The translations under genes were made by a program, and so were the position numbers. The notes below the pieces were generated by a model. It made no database searches, had not been told where the DNA came from, and worked only from the letters and a program-made list of their open reading frames with translations. Below are positions 56,329 to 64,000 of a stretch of 64,000 bases of DNA, piece after piece. Within the stretch, counting starts at the first letter, position 1, and each line of letters starts with the position of its first letter. The stretch covers positions 248,001 through 312,000 of the IMG/VR virus record IMGVR_UViG_3300027996_002186; one strand, written 5' to 3'.

Positions 56329-56877
56329 TTACTTAAAATTACCTGCTCTATCCGTTTCAACATTATTCAACCCAATTAGTGTTGCTGTTAAAGAGATTAC
56401 TACTGCAATACCACCCATTATAATAGCAGTGTTAGGTTCAACAACTGAATTTGGTACGAAATCAGCTAAGTTAGTTGCTGTTTCAAGTGCGTGTGCACCA
56501 ATACAAACAGATGTTATACCACCTATCATACCCATAACTCCTAATCTTGTTAACCACTTGAAAAAGGTTTGTTTAACTCTTCCCCACCAATCACTTAAAC
56601 CTTCGTTAAGAGATTCACTAACTTCACCAAGTTCATCAGCTTCTGCTGCTTGTTTAGCAAGAGCTTCTCCTACTTTATTAGTATCTGTCATATCTTCTAG
56701 TGATAAACCAAGTTTATTAGCTAAATCAGATAACTCTTTTTTAACTTTTTCTTTTTCATCATCAGATAATTTATCTAACTTGCTTGTAACAGTTTCACCA
56801 ACTTGCTTCTTTATATCAGCAACGGATGAATCATTTTCGTTAATTTTAAAACTTTCAAATGCTTTAATATATTTCAT
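56329..56877 (-). CDS. Putative internal head protein with two C-terminal TM helices
   Basis: MKYIKAFESFKINE; SLNEG; hydrophobic LGVMGMIGGITSVCIG and IIMGGIAVVISLTATLIGL; two AATATATA copies in 56902-56916. Confidence 0.7.
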   Translation of the reverse strand: MKYIKAFESFKINENDSSVADIKKQVGETVTSKLDKLSDDEKEKVKKELSDLANKLGLSLEDMTDTNKVGEALAKQAAEADELGEVSESLNEGLSDWWGRVKQTFFKWLTRLGVMGMIGGITSVCIGAHALETATNLADFVPNSVVEPNTAIIMGGIAVVISLTATLIGLNNVETDRAGNFK

Positions 56878-56966
56878 AATTATTAATATTTTTTCTTATT
56901 GTATATATTATATATTAAACACCGCTTTTTGTAATTTTTTACATACCAGTATTTAATATATAATGT

Positions 56967-57344
56967 ATGAAACATATTAAACATATTAATGAATATAGAA
57001 CAGTGGGATTTAGATATTCAGAACCAGACTTGGGATTCACTATTTCATTTTATTATAAAGGTGAAATAACAGAGGATGATATATCAGCAATTGCAGAAAG
57101 ATTAGGTGTGAAAGTATCATCTATTAATATAGGTAAAGAATTTGGTGAAATAGAAATAGAATCACCTGATGGTGATGTTAAAGAATTAGAAGTTGATGGT
57201 AATATTAGTTTAGACTTTCACCTTTATGATGAAAAGAAGATTGACGCAATATTAGATGAAATGTCTAAATTGATGTATTCTATATTCACCACAAGTACTT
57301 ATGAATATAATATTAAGGAACACAAAGAAAACCTTAAAAAGTAA
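56967..57344 (+). CDS. Putative internal head protein
   Basis: MKHIKHINEY; AATATATA at 56955-56962. Confidence 0.7.
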   Translation: MKHIKHINEYRTVGFRYSEPDLGFTISFYYKGEITEDDISAIAERLGVKVSSINIGKEFGEIEIESPDGDVKELEVDGNISLDFHLYDEKKIDAILDEMSKLMYSIFTTSTYEYNIKEHKENLKK

Positions 57345-57827
57345 ATGAAATTCTTAAAAAAATTCTTTGAACACAATATATCTATCTTTGATGATAATTG
57401 GAAAAAACTTCTACCAAAAAAAATACAGATTATTACATCAAATGGTTTATTCAATTTGAAATCAAATCAAATGACAATGACCGGTGAGTTGATTAGAATT
57501 TCATATATACAACGTATAAAAGGAGAACCTTTTTTTTTAATGTTTGATATACATCTTGTTAAAGATAATGATGGATTCGAGGCAAATCCAGATACTTTGA
57601 GGTTGAATGTTGATATTACTTATGGTAATAGAATGTGTTCTGAATTCATAATCGAAAAGCCTAATAAAGTAAATATTATTTTATATGATGGGAAAGGTTC
57701 TAAGTATGATAGTGATAATTCTTTTGGATTTACAGACGAATCATTAAATCACTTAGTCAAATTCTTTAATTCATTTGGGTATGAATTAACTATTGGTGAT
57801 TTATATTTTTTAGATAAAGAAAAATAA
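57345..57827 (+). CDS. Putative internal head protein
   Basis: MKFLKKFFE; abuts upstream gene. Confidence 0.65.
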   Translation: MKFLKKFFEHNISIFDDNWKKLLPKKIQIITSNGLFNLKSNQMTMTGELIRISYIQRIKGEPFFLMFDIHLVKDNDGFEANPDTLRLNVDITYGNRMCSEFIIEKPNKVNIILYDGKGSKYDSDNSFGFTDESLNHLVKFFNSFGYELTIGDLYFLDKEK

Positions 57828-57836
57828 TTTAAAATC

Positions 57837-58202
57837 TTAGAAATCTTCATCGCTTATAATCTCTTGTAGTTTATCATCACGTAATTCATCAGGTGATTTG
57901 ATTTCATCATAAAATATATGATAATATTCGATAAAGTCAGATTCTTGTACTCTAATCGTGTCATGATAAATAAATCTATTATCAATAAAAGTATTATTTT
58001 GATATAACCCAGTGATAACTTTAAATGAAAAAACCTTTGTATCATTGTTTGTTCCAACTGTTGGTGATTCAAATATTATATTCATTTCGTTCCCAACTAT
58101 ATTTATATTCAAAAGTTTAGAATATGATGGTACATTACAATTTTGAATATCATAGTCATATTGTGGGATTGTTGATTGTTTTGTTATTATAAACTTAGAC
58201 AT
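57837..58202 (-). CDS. Hypothetical protein with RxxK tag
   Basis: RDDKLQEII near C-terminus. Confidence 0.65.
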   Translation of the reverse strand: MSKFIITKQSTIPQYDYDIQNCNVPSYSKLLNINIVGNEMNIIFESPTVGTNNDTKVFSFKVITGLYQNNTFIDNRFIYHDTIRVQESDFIEYYHIFYDEIKSPDELRDDKLQEIISDEDF

Positions 58203-58247
58203 GACTTATATATAATTTTTGATAATAAAATATTATAAATTTTTTAC

Positions 58248-58255
58248 TATATTTG
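58248..58255 (+). promoter_or_regulatory. TAnnTTTG promoter element
   Basis: TATATTTG before 58276. Confidence 0.6.
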
Positions 58256-58275
58256 TAATTAAATATATATAAAAT

Positions 58276-58734
58276 ATGTTAAAGAAAGTCTATAAATTAA
58301 ATTTCAAAAAATCATCCTATGATCTAAATGAGGATTATGAAAGATTATCAGATCATGAAAAAGAGAGAATATCTGAATTAGACGCTGACACTTACTTTGA
58401 TTATGATGATGATGATGAATGTTATATTTGTTATGTGATAACAACACAACAAGAGATAGATAGATACCTAAAAATATTAACAAATAATCTAATTTATAAT
58501 GTTTGTTATGATTTATCAGAAGATGTCTTGGGTGGGAATATAAATTTAGCAAAAGATTTAAAGTCAATGGTTACGGCCACGACCGCTATAAAGTATAGTT
58601 TTTTTGTCGATGATATAGATGATTGGATTTTACAAAACTTAGATATAGATATAGTTTTGGATAGAATTTCAGAAGTTGGTATTGATAAATTAAGTAATAT
58701 CGAAAATAAGTTTCTTAAAAACTTTCAATTTTAA
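58276..58734 (+). CDS. Hypothetical acidic protein
   Basis: C-terminal DIVLDRISEVGIDKLSNIENKFL helical motif. Confidence 0.7.
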   Translation: MLKKVYKLNFKKSSYDLNEDYERLSDHEKERISELDADTYFDYDDDDECYICYVITTQQEIDRYLKILTNNLIYNVCYDLSEDVLGGNINLAKDLKSMVTATTAIKYSFFVDDIDDWILQNLDIDIVLDRISEVGIDKLSNIENKFLKNFQF

Positions 58735-58757
58735 ATATTTATCCTTATTTTTACTAA

Positions 58758-59171
58758 ATGAATTTATATTTAGATGATAATAGAATGCCGTATATGTCTA
58801 ACTCCGAAGGAAGAGGGTTAGGTGTTTCTTACGCCTCAGAGGATAAATGGGTAATTGTTAGAGATTACTTTGAGTTTATTGATTTTGTGAGTCAAAATTT
58901 TGACGAGATTAATTTAGTGTCGTTTGACCATGATCTTGCATGTTATAAAGATGGTAGAGAGTACACTGGTAAAGATGCTGTCGATTTTTTAATTAACTAT
59001 TGTATGGATAATGATAAGAAATTTCCTAATTGGTTTGTACACTCAGACAACACAACAGGTAAAAGTAATATAATAGGTGTAGTAGTTAATTACTTAAATA
59101 AAGTAGAGGGTATAGATATATCTAAATTTAGATACTACCATAACGGAATTATAAACGGATTAGCAGTATGA
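58758..59171 (+). CDS. Cyclic-phosphate-processing receiver-like domain
   Basis: LYLDDNR.P, W.IVRDY.EF, VSFDHDL, VHS.N.TG. Confidence 0.75.
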   Translation: MNLYLDDNRMPYMSNSEGRGLGVSYASEDKWVIVRDYFEFIDFVSQNFDEINLVSFDHDLACYKDGREYTGKDAVDFLINYCMDNDKKFPNWFVHSDNTTGKSNIIGVVVNYLNKVEGIDISKFRYYHNGIINGLAV

Positions 59172-59485
59172 AACAAAACTTTATAACAGAACATGTTATT
59201 AAACTAATAACAAATGAAATAGAGAACAAAATGAAATTTGTCGAAACTAGTTTTCTTTATTTCAATGATCCAATAACAAATGGAAATAAAAATATTAATA
59301 GAGTTAGCCAATTTAACCCATTTGAAAAAGAGGGAATTTTACCTGTTGGTTGGTATACTTTAGAAGGAAATATACTATTGGGAATTTATGATAAATTAAA
59401 AAGTAATGAATTCTTCTTCTATAAAAGAATAGAAGGTAAGAGTTATAAAGCTAGGTTAAAGAAAAATGTCAAAACTATTAAATAA
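59168..59485 (+). CDS. Hypothetical protein
   Basis: Coupled ORF. Confidence 0.6.
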   Translation: MKQNFITEHVIKLITNEIENKMKFVETSFLYFNDPITNGNKNINRVSQFNPFEKEGILPVGWYTLEGNILLGIYDKLKSNEFFFYKRIEGKSYKARLKKNVKTIK

Positions 59486-60212
59486 AAATTTCAGTTATTC
59501 AATTGATTATGATTTTAATACACAATACTCCTGTGAGGATAGTGGTTGTGGTGATATATGCCGTTGTGGTACTATATATGATGAACATATCAATTCAATT
59601 GATTTCAATGCTATTGTTGGTGATATTTATTCCGAATATTTTGATAACTCCGTATCAACAAAACGTGATAATAGTATAAATTCTATAATATTCGGAATTA
59701 CTAAGGATATTGATTTATATACAATTGATAGAGTTTTAAGACACTTCAAAATTTGGGAAAACTTTAATTGGGAAATGGAAATAGATGAAGGATACTATGG
59801 GCAAGAAATGGGTGATATAGTTCTAAAAAAATCATTATCTAAAGAAATTGAATTTCATTTAGACACCGCATTCTCAATTGATGATTTGAGTGGTAGAATA
59901 GAATATTTATTAGGTCTTGAATATGGTCACTTACTTCCTGAATTGGTCGGGTGTAAATATGAAGTTATTGTAGTTAATAAATCTGATATTATATCTGAAT
60001 CACTTTTCCGTGAAAAGGGTATAGATGGTGTTTATCGGAGAATAAAAAATAAAAAATTCACATTTTATTCGGATTCAAATTATTCTGGTATTAGAGGAAT
60101 TGTTTCTTTGAAAGAAAGAAAGGTCGGTAATCAATGGAGATTAATTGATGGTCACCACAGATGTTCTTCAACTCAAAAAGATAAGGTGAAAGTTCTAAAA
60201 GCTTATAATTAA
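59466..60212 (+). CDS. Protein with Cys cluster and ParB/Srx-like C-terminal motif
   Basis: CEDSGCGDICRC; internal RDNSINSII; WRLIDGHHR. Confidence 0.6.
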   Translation: MSKLLNKNFSYSIDYDFNTQYSCEDSGCGDICRCGTIYDEHINSIDFNAIVGDIYSEYFDNSVSTKRDNSINSIIFGITKDIDLYTIDRVLRHFKIWENFNWEMEIDEGYYGQEMGDIVLKKSLSKEIEFHLDTAFSIDDLSGRIEYLLGLEYGHLLPELVGCKYEVIVVNKSDIISESLFREKGIDGVYRRIKNKKFTFYSDSNYSGIRGIVSLKERKVGNQWRLIDGHHRCSSTQKDKVKVLKAYN

Positions 60213-62162
60213 TTAGGAATCTAATTCTAAGTCAGGTATTTCAATACCCTCTATAAAATCACCATCTTCTATTTGGTCACTTCTTTTTATTAGGTCTTTC
60301 TTCTTTTCTTTTAATTCTTTTCTATATTTTGTATCATCATCTTCATCAAACTTTAATCTTAATTGACTCTTATTTTTGAGTTTATTCCAAACACCAGCAA
60401 GTTCAGTATTTATCCTTTTGTAAATCATTATTAAATGATCTTTAATATCCTCATGATATTGGAATTGGTCTGTTAAAATAGAATCCTCTTCATCTATCTT
60501 ATATTTAAGAATTTTAGCATCTAACTTGTTTAAGTATTCAACTTCAATATTAACTGATTCATTTGTAGGTATAATTTTATATAACTCAACACTAAATATT
60601 TTAGGTATCCAATCACCATCACTATTTTTTATCATAATATCATCTTTTATCCATCCACCACTTTTATAAATACTACTTGATTTAAGTATATAATCAAAAT
60701 CATCCCAATAACGATATTTAGAATCTAAAAATTCAAACCATGTCTTGTCTTTATCAATTTTAATTATATCATCATCTCCCTCTGGATACCAATCACCATC
60801 ACCATCAATATCACCGTTATTTTGTATTTCAACAATTACTCTAACAGCAGTTTCATCATAAATATAATGACTGTATGCTTCTGAATAAACAGCATCATCT
60901 TGATGTATATACTCATCTATATTTTCATCATAAATTATATAATCATCATCCTGGTGGTAAACACCAGTATGCGATCCCTTTGATACGTTAATAGCTTGAT
61001 CTCTATATAACCAATCACCATAAACATCAGAATAAATAGCATCATCTTCTGGTATATGACGATCATGCCATTCAGACCAATAACCACCTTCTACCTCAGT
61101 ATAACCACCACAAGTACTTTCTAATATATAACATCCTTCTTCATCAGACCCTTGATTCTCATCATTCATAAGTATTCCTGTTCTTGGATCAAATCTTCTA
61201 AATGTATCTAAATAAGGATATTTAACATAATCATAATCATTATCAGAACTTCCTACCTTTTTAACTTTAACAGTCATATCCACATTTATTACTTCATCAC
61301 CACCTTTATGTATCAATATAGGTTCGAATGAGTGATGGTTGTTATTTGCTTTTGATACCCAATTCTTTTGTTCTTTAGCATAATTTCTAAATTTTTCAAC
61401 ATCCGAATCTTTAATAGTGTATTGTCTATCCATAAAATAATCAACATCCAAATCATCACCTCTAAATTTTTTAATTGAGTTTAACTTCCAAACAAGTGCT
61501 CTCCCTAATATCTTATCATCTTCTTTTAGAATTAACATTCTACAAACTTCCGGATTCTTAGTATAAATATTAAATATATTATTCTTTTCTGACATACAAG
61601 AACTACCTAATGTACCTCGATTTCCAGCATAGTTTTCAGATTTATACCAAAATGCGATATCATCACCATCAACAATTTCAAATTTCTCACCTTTGTTTTC
61701 AATAGCCGCTTTGAATTTATTTACAAATTCCTCGACATCTTTATCTTTATATTTACCAGTTAATAACTTATTAATAAATTTACCTATTTTAACAGAATTC
61801 CTTGATTTATTATAGACATCATCTTCATCTCCATTTTGATGTCTCATCCAAATAGCATTACGGTGAATTCTGTCTATAACTTCATTACCCCATTCTTCTT
61901 CACCAGTAGGTGGATATGCTTTGGCTAATGTTTTAGCAGCATTTCTCATTGTTGTAAAAGAAAGATATCCTTCCTTATCAATATCAACAAATGTAATGTC
62001 TGGTTTAATATCTGTCAGTTCAACTGATATTAAATCATCTGATATATCTCCACCAACCTTTGATATTACGCTTATAAGATCCGGTGAAAAATAAAGAAAA
62101 GATTCATTCACTAAACTCTCTAGTAACAAGTCTTCTTTAAATTTATTATACTTACTAATCAT
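60213..62162 (-). CDS. Large putative internal head protein
   Basis: Start moved to MISKYNKFKEDLLLESLVNES; AATATATA at 62168-62175; SCM...ILGRALVW...MDRQY domain and acidic aromatic repeats. Confidence 0.7.
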   Translation of the reverse strand: MISKYNKFKEDLLLESLVNESFLYFSPDLISVISKVGGDISDDLISVELTDIKPDITFVDIDKEGYLSFTTMRNAAKTLAKAYPPTGEEEWGNEVIDRIHRNAIWMRHQNGDEDDVYNKSRNSVKIGKFINKLLTGKYKDKDVEEFVNKFKAAIENKGEKFEIVDGDDIAFWYKSENYAGNRGTLGSSCMSEKNNIFNIYTKNPEVCRMLILKEDDKILGRALVWKLNSIKKFRGDDLDVDYFMDRQYTIKDSDVEKFRNYAKEQKNWVSKANNNHHSFEPILIHKGGDEVINVDMTVKVKKVGSSDNDYDYVKYPYLDTFRRFDPRTGILMNDENQGSDEEGCYILESTCGGYTEVEGGYWSEWHDRHIPEDDAIYSDVYGDWLYRDQAINVSKGSHTGVYHQDDDYIIYDENIDEYIHQDDAVYSEAYSHYIYDETAVRVIVEIQNNGDIDGDGDWYPEGDDDIIKIDKDKTWFEFLDSKYRYWDDFDYILKSSSIYKSGGWIKDDIMIKNSDGDWIPKIFSVELYKIIPTNESVNIEVEYLNKLDAKILKYKIDEEDSILTDQFQYHEDIKDHLIMIYKRINTELAGVWNKLKNKSQLRLKFDEDDDTKYRKELKEKKKDLIKRSDQIEDGDFIEGIEIPDLELDS

Positions 62163-62228
62163 AATTCTATATATTAACTTTGTTGATTCAAAATATTTGC
62201 TTATCTTTATAAATAACAAAATATAAAT

Positions 62229-62714
62229 ATGGAACTTATAAATTTAAAGAAACCTTTCGTTATAGTACTTATTGGACCGCCACTTTCAGGTAAAACAACT
62301 TGGATAAGAAATAACTTTCCAGATACGGAAGTTATTAGCCGAGACGAAATACTTATGGAGGTTTATGGTTCCAGAAATTACTCAGAAGCTTTTAAGAATG
62401 TGGACCAAAGAAATGTTGATAAAGTTCTTAAAGAAAGATTGGTTAATGCTGATAAAGAAATGAAGAATACTATTATTGATATGACTAATATGAGTTCTAA
62501 AAGAAGAAGAGGAAACTTAGACTACTTCTCAGATGATTATTTCAAATTAGGAGTAATATTCCCAATTTTAAAGGATGAGGAATATGAAAGAAGAAATAAA
62601 AAGAGAATTGAAGAAGAAAATAAAGACTTACCAATGCACATCGTTAAAAGGATGATATCACAATATCAAAATATTAAAGAAGATGAAGGATTTGATAAGA
62701 TAATTTCTTTATAA
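62229..62714 (+). CDS. P-loop kinase, polynucleotide-kinase-like (AAA_33)
   Basis: LIGPPLSGKTTW, ISRDEI, IIDMTN, RNKKR. Confidence 0.8.
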   Translation: MELINLKKPFVIVLIGPPLSGKTTWIRNNFPDTEVISRDEILMEVYGSRNYSEAFKNVDQRNVDKVLKERLVNADKEMKNTIIDMTNMSSKRRRGNLDYFSDDYFKLGVIFPILKDEEYERRNKKRIEEENKDLPMHIVKRMISQYQNIKEDEGFDKIISL

Positions 62715-62785
62715 AGAAACTGAAAATATATTACTTTAAGGTGATTTATATTGCCTTAAAGTCTTGCCGTTTAAAATAATTTCCG

Positions 62786-62793
62786 TATATTTG
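62786..62793 (+). promoter_or_regulatory. TAnnTTTG promoter element
   Basis: TATATTTG before 62819. Confidence 0.6.
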
Positions 62794-62818
62794 TTATACA
62801 CTAAAAAACAAACACAAT

Positions 62819-63175
62819 ATGGGATTCATCGAAAAATGCACATTAGACCTTAATAACTTAGAAGTAGTTGATACTTATATATTTTCTGATTGGGATGAAT
62901 TAATCTGTGAGCATGATGGTCACTATTCAAGTGATGATCAATATATTATATTCAAGTCTAATGGGATTGAAATGTGTGTAAACTTTGAATTAAGTGTTAC
63001 TGGTTACTATATTTATGATGAAGGTGATTATTGGACACCACCAAGTAGTGATTCTGAAATTACCGATGTTGAAATAAATATTGGTGATGTTTTAATTGAT
63101 GATTCTTATGAGTTAACATTAAATAAAGAAACTCTGAATTTACTCACAAATAAAATTAAGACTTTAATTAAGTAG
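62819..63175 (+). CDS. Hypothetical acidic protein
   Basis: ORF; GDYWTPP motif. Confidence 0.7.
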   Translation: MGFIEKCTLDLNNLEVVDTYIFSDWDELICEHDGHYSSDDQYIIFKSNGIEMCVNFELSVTGYYIYDEGDYWTPPSSDSEITDVEINIGDVLIDDSYELTLNKETLNLLTNKIKTLIK

Positions 63176-63199
63176 TATATTTTTTTTTATATATACCTT

Positions 63200-63706
63200 A
63201 TGCGTATTAAAGGGGTATATGAATTTTTCGATGATGATGATCTAAAATCACAATTCGAGATCCCACATCTAAGAGGTGAAATGGGTGACGAAATTAGTAA
63301 ATGGAAAACATTTGCTGAACCTTTAGGTGATGAAACGCCAAAATCCTTTCTAAATAAAATAGCATTTAAATTTCCCGTACTTAAAAGTTTTCACCAAGAT
63401 GTGAAAACAACTGATGATAATGTTGAAATATATTGCTTTTATGATTACTCACAAGAAGTTTGTGAAAATGGTAATGAATATTATGTGCAGTTAGTTATAT
63501 CATATGATATAAAAACCAAAGAATACTTCATAAACATTGTTATAAGAAACAAAGATGATTACGAAGACCAAAGTAAATGGAAGAGGTATGATGTTGAAAC
63601 TAAAGATATTACTCAAGCTTATGGATTAATCGAATCCTTTTTAACTAGTTGTATAAAACTAAATGTTATAACTCCTGAGCAAAAATCTGCTTTACTATCA
63701 AACTAA
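63200..63706 (+). CDS. Putative internal head protein
   Basis: MRIKGVYEFF; TATATATA 4 nt upstream. Confidence 0.6.
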   Translation: MRIKGVYEFFDDDDLKSQFEIPHLRGEMGDEISKWKTFAEPLGDETPKSFLNKIAFKFPVLKSFHQDVKTTDDNVEIYCFYDYSQEVCENGNEYYVQLVISYDIKTKEYFINIVIRNKDDYEDQSKWKRYDVETKDITQAYGLIESFLTSCIKLNVITPEQKSALLSN

Positions 63707-64000
63707 TGAAACATATTAAAACATTCGAAAGTAAATGGAATTTACCTCAAAATAAGAGGTTAATAGTTCAGGGATCATTTAATAAATCTAACTTTACTCC
63801 AGCAACTGATAAAGTTAATTTATCACAAATATACCAATATATTATAATTGAAACCGAGGGAGGTAATATTATAACAATTGATAAGAGTGGTGTTCTTGAT
63901 ATTTGGATGAATGATGATTCTGGTGTTACTTCTGCTATCAGAAAAGCACTCGATAATATAAGTGACGAAACTTATGATGATATATATTTTGAGGATTTCG
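63706..64000 (+). CDS. Putative internal head protein, truncated by right edge
   Basis: TAATG coupling; MKHIKTFESKW; open to end of window. Confidence 0.7.
   Translation, partial: MKHIKTFESKWNLPQNKRLIVQGSFNKSNFTPATDKVNLSQIYQYIIIETEGGNIITIDKSGVLDIWMNDDSGVTSAIRKALDNISDETYDDIYFEDF

Overview
AT-rich (roughly 27% GC by eye), gene-dense, standard-code 64 kb segment of a T4-like jumbo bacteriophage, most likely of a Bacteroidota host. Host evidence: TAnnTTTG promoters and a type IX secretion-like cargo gene. Two interleaved programmes are visible. (1) Plus-strand operons behind host-type TATATTTG promoters carry metabolic and translation genes (sirtuin, CoaE, NAD ligase, ECF sigma, thioredoxin, SmpB, YqeY, minimal HisRS, GluRS, peptidases, PNK-like kinase) and many small proteins ending in a shared R-x-x-[KS]-[IL]-x-x-[ILV]-[ILFV] tail. 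(2) Mostly minus-strand genes behind an AATATATA motif encode structural proteins (fibres, gp14-like neck, large baseplate-like proteins), a DUF2589 pair and about 14 proteins with a T4 capsid-targeting-like N-terminus. An S1 ribosomal protein gene lies in one of these minus-strand runs. Best leads: a His-codon leader-peptide attenuator in front of a half-size HisRS, a ~415 nt highly paired intergenic RNA, the shared C-terminal tag, the capsid-targeted cargo set with near-leaderless mRNAs, and the DUF2589 pair. Family calls are from motif recognition only; no database searches were run.
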